From: Klebsormidium nitens
Taxonomy: Eukaryota > Plantae > Klebsormidiophyceae
Direction of reading: 5' to 3'
Assembly: GCA_000708835.1 (NCBI GenBank)
Contig: DF236971.1
Location: 62,001 to 126,000 of the forward strand
Length of the DNA: 64,000 nucleotides
In this document: in pieces, positions 1-13,095 of the stretch
How positions within the stretch are numbered: position 1 is the stretch's first letter
Layout: each line of letters begins with the position of its first letter
Notes under the pieces: model-generated
Databases searched by the model: none
Told to the model about the DNA's origin: nothing
The model's input: the letters and a program-made list of their open reading frames with translations, nothing else
Program-made: the position numbers and the translations under genes

Positions 1-1519
1 GCGGGGTTGGCGGGTTTGAGAATGGAAGTCCTGCGGGCGACGGGGAGGAAACAGGAGTGTCGGGCCAGATGGAATGCCTGCAGAAGGGGAGGCCGGAACA
101 TTTTTGAATCTTTCGAAGCTTTCGAATTTTGAGGAGGAGAGGTGCCAATACCAAGTCACATGTGGCCCCTGCGGTAGAATTCAGTTTGTGTCAACTCAAC
201 AAGCCTCAACTTCAAAGGCTGCCCTCTTAAGCTCCTAGCAACAGAAAACCACCACCGTAACCTTGTGGCAGTGCGCTGTTGCCTGCAGCCTCATCCACAA
301 CTTTTGCAGCCCCTTGCTGCTGTGTCTATTCGTCAGCCAGGCTGTCTTCATTAATGCACCTCAACTGTGGGGCTTCCATAGAAGACAAACTACGAGAGTT
401 GGGGTGGCGTTGAGACCTGACAGTTTACCTCTCGTTTGAAGAGAAGGTCGCCCAATTGAAGCAGCCGGGGCGCAAAAACAGGGACTGACAGCTTGGGGGT
501 GAAGTGTTCAAGTAGCTCGGCCAGCTTCCGTGCAACGGGGTTTGGGAACCTGTCACCAGAAGCAATCCACATTCTTTTTCCCTTGAGTAAGCATAGCATG
601 ACGGCGCAAGTCAGAACTCAATTTAATTTCACTGATGCTCTTTTGTGACATGAAAGGCACTGGGATCAATAGAATCTTCCAATACATGCTCATAGCTAGA
701 GGTCTGATAGAAAGCTGAAAGAGAGCTCATATGCCTCGCCAGCATGTTTCGACAATCTCCATGAAAAGCAGTTCTCCTTGATGAAGGTGGTGACACGAGC
801 AGGTGCTGCAAAGAGGACCAGCTCTTTGCAACGCTGCAGAGAACTTTATCAAGGAGAGAAAAGGCTCCTCCCAAACCAGAATGTTGATACTCTAGTCTTA
901 CCTAGCTCCCAGCGGTGCCCCTTTCAGTACTTTGCTGAACTCGAGGTTGAATGCAGCAAGAACCGCTGCCTCCCCCATCTTTGCGATCGCCGAACAGCAG
1001 CTCTCTCAGCTCATATGCATCCCAATATTGATACACACAGTGCCACTACAACAACCTTACTACGTTGGTGTCAGCACCTTCGAGGCACATTGAGGGCAGG
1101 TTGCAAGAAAAAAAGAGCTCAGAAGGGGCAAAACTTGAGGTTTGATACATCAGATCATCTACATACACAGATGCTAGCGCTGTCGGCTTGCGCTTGCATC
1201 AACAAGCTAGCTTCTGAAGCGTACAATTTCAAGCATTTCCTCCATCTCAAGCACCTCGTAAACCCTAATCTCGAGCAGAAATTTCTGAAACCGTCGATGA
1301 AGGTAGCACTCTTGTAGATCGGTAGATCGCACGGCTGAGAAAGCTCTGGTTGCCACTCGCGCACAGGTTTACCTCAAATTCAAAGGAAGCAGTTGTCCAA
1401 ACTGTGCAACATATGCAATTGCCCTGAACGAAGCACAAATCGGAAGGCTGAAGCCTGAAGGCTGAAGCGCAGCCCAAATCTTTCCCAGGAAACATGTATT
1501 TTGAGAGCCTGGGGTTCAA
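1..1519 (-). CDS. Possible 5' part of an unidentified spliced gene running off the left edge
   Basis: Minus-strand donor-like sites (GAG|GTAAAC ~1370, TAG|GTAAGA ~900, GAG|GTAAAC ~428), a polypyrimidine-CAG acceptor at ~78 and short protein-like frames (e.g. ELLEHFTPKLSVPVFAPRLLQLGDLLFKRE). I could not build a complete phase-consistent model or find a family motif. Confidence 0.3.
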
Positions 1520-1769
1520 TGGCAGGAGCGCTACGAGCTTATGAGCTCAGCAACTCCAAGGGCTTTGTTTCTGTCGACGTCAGTTGGCGCGCTAGGCGAT
1601 GCGAAAGAGCCGGAAAGTGAACGAGGTAACGGAAGGACTGGATTGGGACTTTCAAAACAATTTGAAAGAAGTGCAATTAACAGCTATCTTTTCAAGCTCT
1701 TTAGCAGAACTAGTAGCATGCGTAGAACTAAGCACCTGACCTGTGCCGTGAAAGAACTCAGGCTGAGCC

Positions 1770-4700
1770 ATGGGTGCCATGCGGCACTTTCTGAGCTGGC
1801 TTAGCTGGAACAGGCAAACACCAGATCCGTCTGCTGGAGCCTTGAAGAGGAGCGGATCCGAGCTCTCATTCCTCACTGCAAATGACACCGAAGAGCAACA
1901 TGAAGATGGTCAAGGATTTGGTGGCCGAGCTCTGGTGTCAAAGGCCGGGGAAGAGAGTGACGACACTGTGCCTGAGATCACGCCTCTCCCATGGTGAGCA
2001 GCTCTGCATAATATTGAGGCAGATTGCTACAGGAGCGGAAGAAGTGGATCTATAAATGCAGTTTAATTACGATCGCCAAGCACAGTCAAAATGCAGCTTC
2101 GAAGATTACCAAAAAACCTTGGCACCTTGTTACCAAAAGTTGATTGAGATAGGGAGTTGAATGGCCGGAGGGAAATCTTCTCAGATGTGATCCAGTGTGC
2201 CGGCCTCTGGTGGTGGTCAAGACAAAATGAAAGTCTGCAGTCCAAACGACTGGCTATCCAGGTGCTTGATACTACCAAAACAATGTGATGCCACTCCTGT
2301 TTGCCACCAACTAACTGTAGAATCAGCACCATTTGCGGTATCCAATCTGGGGTATTGATCAATAGTACTGCTGCTGTGCCTTGCTTATCTGCATCTAGAC
2401 AAACGTGCAAGATATCATCTCACAGTATCAGCTCTGAGGCACGTTAACGTGATGCAGGCGGTCCGTGATCACGATCGGACTTAGCATGGGCAGCCAAGCA
2501 TTCCAGACCACCATGCTTTTCCCAATGGTGAGCTTTTATGCAGTGTGTGGGCTTCCTTTTCTGGTGAAACCGAAGAATAAATTGGTAGAAGCTTGGCCTC
2601 ATGAGCATCCGGTGATGTGTATTATATTCCAAAGCTAGAAGTAAGGTGGTGCTTTTTGAGACTTTCACATGCATTTGAAAAAGCTTGATACCGAGTGAAG
2701 AAAATAACGACCGTCTCTCCTAGAACCGAGCTAACTAAGTCGGAGCTTCAAAGGCAACCAAATCAAGCAAAGCTGAAGGTAACCCCCAGTCCATGCACGT
2801 TGCCACTCGAGTTGCCTCCTTGCTTCGTGATCCCCACACTTCATCAGAAGAATGTCGTTTCGTCACATTGCCGTATCTGACTTATTGTAGGCAGAACAGA
2901 AAGCCTGAGCTGCTATTTCTGTGTCTTGCAGCTCGTCTTCATGGTAGATGACTACGGCATCGCAGGGGAAAACGAGGACCTGGTCGGACAATACGCAGGC
3001 ATATTGGTACGTTTTCTCGACCTGAGATGTCTTCATTTCTGTGTAGTACCCTGCTTCACTTTCTCTGTTGGTTCTACATACGTACGTCTCTTTACAGTGC
3101 CACTGACCCTACCAGTGCTTTCAAAAAAATCAGCGTTCCTTCGGCTTTTGCCTCGTTTCTTGCTTGCGGAGTGACGTGCTTTTTCACTCAACTACTTTCG
3201 ACAAGACCTCCAGGTGTTAGACAATCCAAAGATGAAAAGGCCAATTTTGCCTGACTGAGACGAGGTCTCAAAAACACCCATCTTGACAAACATTCCACAA
3301 CCGAGTCACGGAGTCGTGTTTCGCCCTCTTAGCTTGCGTATTTGACCCCTCTCCAGTCAGGCCTCTGCTTCTCGTCGATCTCAAAAGACCTTCCATTAAG
3401 AACCGGAGGGCGCCGTGAGGAGGAGGGCGTCTACGTACATACCATGCCGTCTCCTCATATGACTCACCAACAGTTTCATTAGCCAGCTACGCCACGCTCT
3501 ACTCAGCTTACCTTGCCCAACCGGCCGCCCATTTCCGCAGGCCTCGTGCTTCCCGTTCGCCCAGTTCATGTCCTCCTATTTGTGGGGCGTCACTTCGGAC
3601 CGCATCGGACGGCGCCCCGTCATCGTCTTCGGCAACGTGGCGGCAGCGGCCGCGGCGCTTTTGCTCGGGTTCAGCCGACACTTTCTCTTGGCTTGTGTGG
3701 CCCGGTTGCTGGGGGGTCTCCTAAACGGGACGCTCGGGTCACTGCGCACGTCTCTAGGGGAGTTGTGCGACAGGTACGTAACGGTCGAGTCCGTACTCAA
3801 CCGGGCCTTTCTGCGTTTCCCTGTTCCTACGTTTCTTCTTGCTTGGATTCAGCCGAATTTTTCTTCTGACGTGTGTCGCCCGGTTGTTAGGGGGTCTCCT
3901 AAACGGGACGCTCGGATTGCTGCGCACGTCTTTGGGGGAGCTGTGCGACAGGTAGGTATCGCTCGAGTCGCGTTCCCGACTGGGCGTTTCTCCTTTCCTT
4001 CGTTTCTCTTTGCTTAGAAAGCAACCGGCACATACATCGAGCTTGTGTCGTTCCGTTGGGCCCTTCTGAACGGAATGCTAGAACCGCTGTGCACGTCTCT
4101 GCGGCAGGTGTGCGACAGGTAGGGACTTGAGTGATAGGCGTTCCTTTCCTTTTTCCGTTTCTCTTTGGCTTGGGTTCAGCCGCGACTTCGTCTAGCCTAT
4201 GTTGTTCGGTTGCGAGATGCTTTCTGAACGAAAAGCTTAGGTCGCTGCGCAGGTCTTTGCGGAAGGCGACAGGTAATAAGAATAAAAGTGGCATTCTCAG
4301 CCGGGTAGCTTCTCCCGAACGCCGTTGGCCCGAATGATGATCATGAGCGGTGCCCTGTGAGTCCCCCGACCGGGCGGCACACCTCGAGGACTTCCGAAAA
4401 GCTCTACAGGTTTACAATATCAAGTCCGCACTTTCTTCAACATAGCACGATTCGAAGCTCAGAGTCATTGAGCTTCAGCAAAAATCTCGACCGGACGCCC
4501 ACGTAATGACCTCGTGACACCGTACAGTGCTTTTCTCTCTGCAGTACAAACCAGGCCAGTGGGTTTGCCATCTTCCAGCTCGCCTGGGGCCTGGGTTCCA
4601 TCATTGGCCCGGTCGTGGGCGGACTGTTCGCCCGCCCATGCGACACGTGGAACCTGGGTGACACGTGTCCAACTCTCCTTCGTCGATACCCATACCTGCT

Positions 4701-7700
4701 CCCCTGCGCACTGGGCAGCGCGGTCTCCTTATTCGCCAGCGCAATGAGCGCTTACTTTTTAGAAGAAACGCTACACCGGATTAAGCCAACCCCGCGCCGG
4801 TTAAGGAAGGCCGGTTATGAACAGATTGGCGAGGTCGAGCTGGAAGGAGTCTCTAAGGGTGCCGCGCAGGGAGATCTGCTGGAGGGGTCGTCTAGAGGGA
4901 AGAAGCTGCAGCCGGAGGTTATTCACATGGGTCCGGAACACTCCCGCCACGGGGGTAGTGTGAACGGGGGAACGGCCTTTGCGCAGCTGATGCAAATGCG
5001 CGCGCAGTCTATCACTGCTAAAGCGTCTCGAACGCCTTCTGTAACCTCCAAGGGAGCTCTGCCGCTGTCCAAGCAGCAGGAACCCTCTAGAGATCCTCCG
5101 AACATCACGGAGCCGTCTGCGGAAGCGCGAAGAACGTCTAGGTTTTCCCCAGAGCTTCTGGAGCCTAGCCAAACCACACCGGGCGCTTTTATGCACGGAG
5201 CGTCTCTGGACGGTATAAAACGGCGAGCGGAGCTGACAAAAGGCGATGCAGAGGGGACGGTAGGTTTCAGTAGCGGGTCTGTTCATGGGGCGTCTGCTTA
5301 TGGCAGCATAACACGGAGGATATCAAGTGGCGACAGGCGGCAGTCAGGTAAGGAGCTATCATGTTGCATTGTTAGACGTACAGTTTACTTGATTTACGGA
5401 CGGACATTTAAAGTAAGAAAAGGAGGCCCTCAATCAATATCGCCCCTAAAAGAGGCCTACGCTTCCTGTTATGAAGCATGAAATCAAACGGGGTTGAAGC
5501 TTCCCCTCACTCCGAATCGACCTTCTTGTTGCTTCGACATTGTTTTTATGCCTGTCAGCAACCTGAACGATTGCATCACAATCATATGGTGTAGTCGTCA
5601 AGCTCGACACCGCGAAGCAAAATTGTCCGTTGGTTCTCCCAGGTCTCTCGAAATCTCTTCCGACCTCTGAAGAACGGCCGATGCAGTCTCTGACCGGGGA
5701 GCCACCTAAGCAAGTCGCCGGATACCAGGTGCTCGGGAGGGCTGACGACGGCGACCAGGCTGACCGGGCGGGGGCTGCCCCGGGCGCCGGAAAGCGGGCG
5801 TGGTGGAAAGACCGGGACGTGTTGGTGGCTTGCGGGTCGTATGGGATGCTCGCGCTTGTGTTCATCATCTTGGGTGAGGCTCTGCGGCTGGAAGTAACCC
5901 AAATTGCTAACAAACGATATCTTCGCTTAACCTAGGTTCAGCAATATCGAGTGAGTACACAGACCTGATCCAGAATCTGACCCAAACCGCTATCTGAGCA
6001 GAGCAGGGGCAGCCGTTACATATGGTTTGGGCCCTCCGTGAGGCCTGTTGTTAGTCCTGTACCAATCCTGAGGTCGATGCCTGCACCACACCGAGTTGAC
6101 CGAGATCAGAAAGGAGTCTCGGCGATCAGTTGCTGTGGACTCTTTGTTTCCCTGCTCGAACAGGGCACCTCATCGCAATCTGCGCCGTTTCTCGTTCCAA
6201 CATCACTGTCAGACTTCAACACTTGCAAATACATTCATACCGATGACTAAATCCAGAAGTAGCCGCAGGTTTACATATGTCCATCTTCAAACAGTAAGTA
6301 GATCGCTGTCGAATAGACCGTCCCCCAGACGTGTTTTTCTGGCGACGCGCTGTCGGTAACCTGCGACGAGAGTGTCGCCACAGCACGGGACCCTTCAAAG
6401 AAACCCCCTCAAACATTGGTCCTTGGGCGAAGCGATGTTTCGACACCCCTTGCATCTGAACCGCCCTTCTGCTGCAGACGAATTTTTGCCCATATTCGCG
6501 GCGACACCATTAGCCCTGGGGGGGCTCGGTCTTAGCTCGGAGGCCATTGGGACGACCGTCAGCGTGGGGGGCGTCACGATGTTCCTGTTCACCATGTTCG
6601 TCTTTGCGCCGCTAAGCAAGCGGTAAGGGTGCGTGTCGACCGAAGTGCTGCGGAAAGCTGTCCAGATCTTTTAGCCAATCAGATGGCTTGCCGTGTCCAC
6701 GTGGTCAACCAAGGTACATACCAGACAAGCAGCATGTCCAGAAATGTACCGTACCTCTTACCTGTCGGTACTGCAAAGGCAACACTGGAGGTCAAGAAGG
6801 CTTTCGGTCGACGCGCATCCTAAGCTGCCGGCTGACACGAATGAAAGGCCCTCAAAACGGCAGATCCTAGTGGGGACTTTCTTTGAAACTTTGCTATCCT
6901 TGTCTTGCTCCAATACAAATTGCACTTTCGATGCTCTGCTTTTCCGGGCGCTGCAGTCGCGGGACCTTTAAAAAATGATACAGCTAGTACCTTTGATCAG
7001 TACTTCAAGCGCCTGATGGTCTAAGAGTGGAGAGATTGCTTCCTTGTTCAGAGGATGCCTGTCGTGCCCTCCTGCTTCCCGCGGCATGCCTCGTCACTTC
7101 CTAACAGGCTCGCCTGGAATCTGAAAAGAACCAGTCATACCAGTCTCACAAAGGCCTCAAACCATGCTTCCGTGCGCGCAGGTTTGGGCCGATATTGTGT
7201 TACCGGTACGGCACGCTGGTCATGGTCCCGATCTGCCTCATCTCGCCTGCCATGTCACTGCTCGTCCGGGAAACGTTTGCGCGCTACCTCGGACTGATGG
7301 CCATTCTCGTTGTCCGAAACATCGCCAGCACGACGGCCTTCACCGGCGTGCTGCTGATCGTTTCCAACTCGTCGCCTCCGGAAGATGCGGGCAAGGTAAG
7401 ATTCCAAGGGGAGGGCGCTAATCTATCATGAGCATCGATCTAATGATCTTCTCAACGGATCCTCAGCGTGTTAAGCCTAGTGATCCGCTTTCTTGATCTT
7501 GCCTCGGGAACTCAGCTCTGTGTGGGCTCAACCGAAGCATGAAACTTCCTGCGTTTAATGACGGCCGTCGGACTCACTCCACAGTTCTTGAGGAAGTCAA
7601 AGAAAGCCAAAGGGATCCCTGCGGAACAGCCGTTGTTACAGATCACCCACAGGACACGTCGCGTCCCTTGAATAAAACCTCGTATCAAACGCACTTTGCT

Positions 7701-7969
7701 AACTTCCCTCGTTGCTCTTCTTTCTCAAGGTGAACGGACTCGGCCAAACGACGGCCAGCTTTGCGCGCGCGCTGGGCCCCGCTTTCGGCGGCAGCCTCTG
7801 GTCCTTCTCCGAGACGCTACGATTCCCGTACCACCAGTTTTTGGCGTTCGTGCTGACGGCAATCTTCGCCATGCTGACGTACGTCTCCAGCCTGGTTCTG
7901 TCAGAGCAGCTGAATGTGCCTCGGGCGGAACGGAACCGGAAGCGAGCGGGGCAGAAGATCGTGCGCTAG
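1770..7969 (+). CDS. Major facilitator superfamily transporter, ZIF/ZIFL (DHA1-like) type, 9 exons
   Basis: Exons 1770-1993, 2458-2527, 2932-3006, 3541-3773, 4545-5347, 5643-5873, 6478-6622, 7182-7395 and 7730-7969 are all GT-AG and phase-consistent. The protein has MFS motif A (WGVTSDRIGRRPV), motif C (LGSIIGPVVGGLFARP), YPYLLPC, VNGLGQTTASFARALGPAFGG and a long cytosolic loop, as in plant ZIFL proteins. Confidence 0.9.
3700..4278 (+). repeat. Three intronic echo copies of the MFS exon-4 3' end plus 5' splice site
   Basis: The real end ...CTGCGCACGTCTCTAGGGGAGTTGTGCGACAG|GTAC (3773) recurs ending at 3951 (near-identical), 4118 and 4272 (progressively more diverged), each followed by GT. Spacings are 178, 167 and 154 bp. 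Confidence 0.9.
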
Positions 7970-9409
7970 GAGTGGATTCTTGTAGTGTCTGTCGCAGTGA
8001 GAGCTTCATGACTTGAGACTCCGCCTATCCACTGGGTCGGCTCCTGTCTCAATTAGTATTGCCATTTACGAAACGGCCAGGCGGGTCGTCTTTTGACGCA
8101 AAGACTCAAGACTTCAGATGTGTTGTCAAGGGTCGATGAAACAGATGGTTATGTAAACATATGAGCTTCTAAGATTGCTTTACTCTGCAACACTGTAGAT
8201 GTGTAGCTTTGTAGATGTGTAGCTGCGCCTTTGAACCTAGGAATCAGGCCATTGAAAAATTCCAGAGGATTGGCCATGCCGCTCATAGCGAGATGGAACA
8301 GTCTAATTAACAAATGATCCGCACGCTTAGATTTGAGACTGGGAGGCCAAACGCTTGCTTTCGACTTCGACGATTCGGCTGCAGACTTCTCGGAACCTGG
8401 AGTTTGTTGACAAGTCAACTCCAGATCTGACGCACTGCCGGGAAGCAGAAACGAGTGACTTTGCTTTATTCACATCATAAAGCAAAGCGTAATCTCATGG
8501 TGAAATCTGACCGCGGTGGCTTCGAAAGCACCAGATTGCATAGTAAATCGTATATTGGTCGGTGGGCAATATCTGTCGGCTCAGATTGCCAGGCGCGGAT
8601 TGCTTTTGTGGCAGGAATAGGCCCTCGTTGTGGCTTCTTCTGGATTGATGGTGAAGTTGGCAAGTGCAAACGATTACCAACATTGCCACTGTTTTTCGAA
8701 TAAGAGTCATTTCAAATCTTGCACGGGCCATGGTGGCTGCATGCTTTACGTCGTCGACGGAGAGTTTGAACATTTACATATTCATCTCGTAGTACCGAAG
8801 CTCGGTGACGTTTGCATGTAGCTTCATGGATAGAAATGTAACACGGCGCATGCAGAAGCTGCATGTACAAAGTTTCGTCCTGTGCTTTGCAAGTATAGAA
8901 CATATAAGGTGCGCTTCGCAGGCAGGACTTTGGCACCCTAAGCGCGCGGCCCGTCCCCAAGCTGCGTACGATCACCATACGATACTACGATCTCACAATG
9001 GAGGAAATTAATTCAATATACTCATCTGGCATGAGGACTTAAGGACTCAACTGAACGCCACCCATGCCGTTCTAGTGTACTATAGCTATGCATGACGACA
9101 GCGCGGCCCAAACTTCAAAGCACCGGCATGGGGGCGCGGCAACGTAAGGCGGGCCTAGTAGGGGGCGCGCCGCGCCGACAGGCCGACGGTCACCCTGGCG
9201 CTCGCGCGCGCGGTCTCCCGAGGGCGCGCCGAGAGTTGGGTTGACAGGTTGGGTTTACATGACAAAACTTGGTTTTGCAGCAGGTGTTTTCCAATTTTAA
9301 CAAATTAGGGTTCAGAGTTTTGGGGCTTGAAAGCTTGAGCTTAGCCTTGCTGTTGAGCTCTCGAGCCCAACAACAGCATTTTGATTCAGGTTCTGAATAG
9401 GGAAAGGCT

Positions 9410-12232
9410 ATGGCGCAGGTTCTCACCACTCAACCGCTGCTGGAAAGACGATGCTTCAGGAAAGCTGCCCTTGGAAGCCCGACGATACAGGAAGCGGGGA
9501 GCTTTACAGCATTGCCCACAGTCCCCTGTGCTGCGCGGCAAGGTCAGAGAAGGATGAGTCAGGCGCTTGCCTTTGAAAGTCCAGCAAGGAGACTTGCCAT
9601 AAGAGAATCAAAGTCGGCGCCGCCCAAGGAGCAGGTGTTGTTGCAAAGGGGCTTTGGTGGAGCTTTGAAGAGTACTGTGCAGGTTCCTCACTTATCCGCA
9701 TGGGCGCCCCATAGCGGAGGTGGTGTGCAGTGTCTTAGTAAAACTTCTTCCAGCCGCGATTGTTTCACGTGCGTTCTAGATCCTAGCATCCCCTGGCAGC
9801 AACCCCCAAATAGGTGGAGAAGACAAGCTCATACTTCAAGCTATCTCCCGTCAACATTTGAAAGAGCCCCAGAGTTTGTGTCCAGCGGCACCAGAAAAAT
9901 CCAGGCCACACAGTCTCCTGCTTCTAGTGCACCACCCTTCCATCGAACCCGTAAACATGTCAACAAAGCAAATTTATCTGCTGGAAAGGTAGGGAGTTCA
10001 GCATCGACTTCCAATCAAATATCACACATAAAAGAAAGCCACCGCAGTCAACCTGTAGGAGCTGGCAAGGGATTGGTGAGATTGAGACATACAAAACGGC
10101 TGTTATTGCTGCGACCTTGTGGTTGCACCACTGATTGTCAGGACGGGGAGGCACCAGCTGGGAAGGGGGACTCTACAGCCCAGCCATCTGAGCTCAGCGC
10201 TGAGGTCAGCAGCAGTGAAGTCAGCGACAGGGCGGACAAGGAGAAGGGGCTGAGCCTAGGCGTTAAAGCGGCCCTGGGGGCGTTGCGGTTCTATAAAAGT
10301 GAGTCTCTTAAGGTACTCCAGTGTGATATTGACGCTTTATGTTGGTTTAAGTGACTACAAAACACGTTCTACCGCACGCCTTCAGGCGGGACTGCAGAGG
10401 ATAGGGAAGCCAGAAGCTTCACTTCTCAAGCAGGAAGCAGTGGAGCTATTGTGTGCGCCAGATTGCAATAATTTCTTCCCGCAGCTTTCCTGCTGTCAGC
10501 TGTCACAAGTTAAGAGACTCTGGTCAGTCATTTTGCCATTTGTATGGGCCCGGTAACATGCGAAGCATCACATCGGGCGTTAGGATCATGACCAATCTTG
10601 CAGGTCTGGTTGACAACCAGCTAATTAGTCGCCTTACTAATCCCTCTAGTCCATTCGTTGCCTTAAAGACCCCACAATTTATACTCTCCAAGGGAGTTGC
10701 TTGTCAACAGAGGGCCAGGGCTTCTCGACTTCTAACTCTGGTTTTGGTCAGGCGGATGCAATCGAAAGCAGATATCGTAGAGCCAAGTAGTATCGTCAGT
10801 TCTGAGGAACTTGACTGCAGATTAGTTGGTTTCTGTCTCTTCAGATTAGGAATCAGTGTTGCGAAAACAGTGATAGATTTGGCAGACTTTCGTGACAAGT
10901 CATCTCTGTCAAAAGGAAAACCGAAGTTCGGATTAAGATCAGGCACTCTTGGAATAATCGCTTCGGCTTTGGACTTCAGAGACAATCCTTTTGTGGTTCC
11001 CACACGTTCGCTGCGGCGCCTGACCAACACAGCTTTAAAAGCAAACCAGAAGCATTTGTGTCTTACCATCCTTCCAGAATACTTGGGGACGGATGTGAGA
11101 GGAATAGATTCCGTCAACGTCTTGCTTTCATCTGGCGGCTGCTTCAGTAACCAAGCCCCATGTTCTCCTCGCTTGATGCTTCGTGGAGTTATGAGGCCTT
11201 TGTTCTCCAGTCTATATGCAGCTAACAAGCTGTTCCGCTTTGCAGGAGAGATATCGCCGTGGCTTCCGGGGAGCTGCCGGTATCAGCCGACCTGCTCGCA
11301 GTACGCTGTTCAGGTGGGCTTCTTATGAGCTCGTGGACTCACCAGGGTACATAGTCTTCTCTTTGGTAAGAAGACTTCGACTTTGTCAAGAGGTTGGATC
11401 GACAGAGCAGGGCTTGGAAAGAAAGTCACGTGCTGCTTGACTTCTCTTTGCACCGTACTTCTGAACCAGAGTAAGAGGTTTGTCCTCACGTGAGCAGGAC
11501 ACTAAAGGCCCTTAGCTTCTGCACTTCCAAGGTTTTGATGTCCAAGTTTTCAAGCCATTCGACTTACATTAAACCTTGCTGCGAATTCGTCGCTGTCAGC
11601 TGCCTCAATTTTGGCATCAACTGAGAGCCCGCAAAAGATTACGAGACTCGTTGGTTTCAAATGAAACTTGAAAAGCGGGCCTATTTGTTGGGCGACGCCA
11701 TCCCTCAGATGGATTCCCTTGCCTTTTCTCTTCCTCACGTTGATTATTTGCCTTTGGCAGGCTTACACGAAGTTCGGGTTCGTTAAAGGGAGCATCCTAA
11801 CGGCGTGGCGGCTGATACGATGCAACCCTTTAGGTGGGGTGATTTGGCATTGTCTGGCGTCCTCCGCTGTCTGCTCGGTATTGGCTTTCTTCGAAAGTCT
11901 GGCCTGATCCGGATCAAGTAGAGCGCAGCATGTGTAAACCTATCCTTTACGATTCTGGTTGCCATTTGTGCAATTTGCTTCTGAAGTCTGTCGTCGCTTT
12001 TGCTCACGAGTCTGTTGCGCTGCTCATATTTGGAGGGGAACGGAGTTAAGCACAGGATTGGTATCCTTTGTGTTACCATGCATACGCCCTCATCCAAGGA
12101 CGTTTCTGGTCGCTTGGCTTCGCTTGAGGTGCTCTAGTCCACGACCAAAAGTCTCTACTGGATCTGCCCGCAGGTACCTCTGGTTATGATCCCCCTCGGT
12201 GGCCGCCCTCCGACTGCCAGCCGATTGATTGA
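9410..12232 (+). CDS. yidD: YidD / UPF0161 membrane protein insertion efficiency factor-like protein with long N-terminal extension, 4 exons
   Basis: Exons 9410-10298, 11246-11313, 11761-11833 and 12174-12232 are phase-consistent. They encode ALRFYK-REISPWLPGSCRYQPTCSQYAVQ-AYTKFGFVKGSILTAWRLIRCNPLG-GTSGYDPPRW, the YidD CRY/FxPTCSxY and RCNP..GG.G.DP signature. Confidence 0.92.
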
Positions 12233-13095
12233 GAATTTCTTCGTGGAGTTTAGCAGTGGCACGTGCGATTTGGTCACCTTGAACTGGACTGTGGCCGAAG
12301 GGTTGAAAGGACCCAGTTGATCGGATCTGAAAGCGACGGAGAGCCGTTCGATATCTCCTTAGAATAAATCATTCTTTGTTCCGAGGGTGAATTGCGCCAT
12401 CAAGCCGTATACATAGGCCCTCAAGTTTCTTTTGGCGCCAACTCGCGGCTGCCTGCGTGTAGGATGCCAGGTCCTCCCTAGCCCGATTTAGGGCAGTTCC
12501 GGCACGCCTTGGTGAACGAGATTGTGGTATTCTGCTACTATGCAGAGTCTTCACGAGTAGTCAAAACCTGATCGCAAGGAACAGCCGCTTAAAATGTCGC
12601 AGGGACTTGCAGTCAAGATGGTCTTAATTCCCGCGTCGTGTAACACTCAGTGAGGGCGGCCGGTCAGAAAGATGTTGCAGAAGCATCCGACATGCTCTAG
12701 CAAATCCCTTGAGTCGTCATCAATCATCATTGTATCGGAATGAACAGTACTGACATGCATGGCTTCCAGCCTGGCAGGCTTGACGTCACCTGTAATGCAA
12801 CGCACTACATATTTAGCAGCTCCTAAGTAGGTCCGGTTTCTACCAACCTAATCCTGAAAGGTCTGATCGCCGGAACACTCTCATTCTTGTACGTACGTGC
12901 TACATTCACGTACAAGACTGCATGAATGATCTCAGTCTACGTACCGTAGTAAAGTGTGTCGAAAGAAGCATAATGTTGCGGTCACCGCGCTTTTACCGGG
13001 TTAAAGCGCCGGCATACTTGAAGCGCTTCGATTTTCTGCCGACTATAGAATTAATTGGTCACCAACTGCAGTTTACATATCAAAGATCAACTGAA

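Noticed and set aside
10453-11328. 291-aa plus ORF and 174-aa minus ORF in YidD intron 1
   Set aside because: Only the last ~23 codons are the real YidD exon 2. The rest shows no domain or transposase/RT motif.
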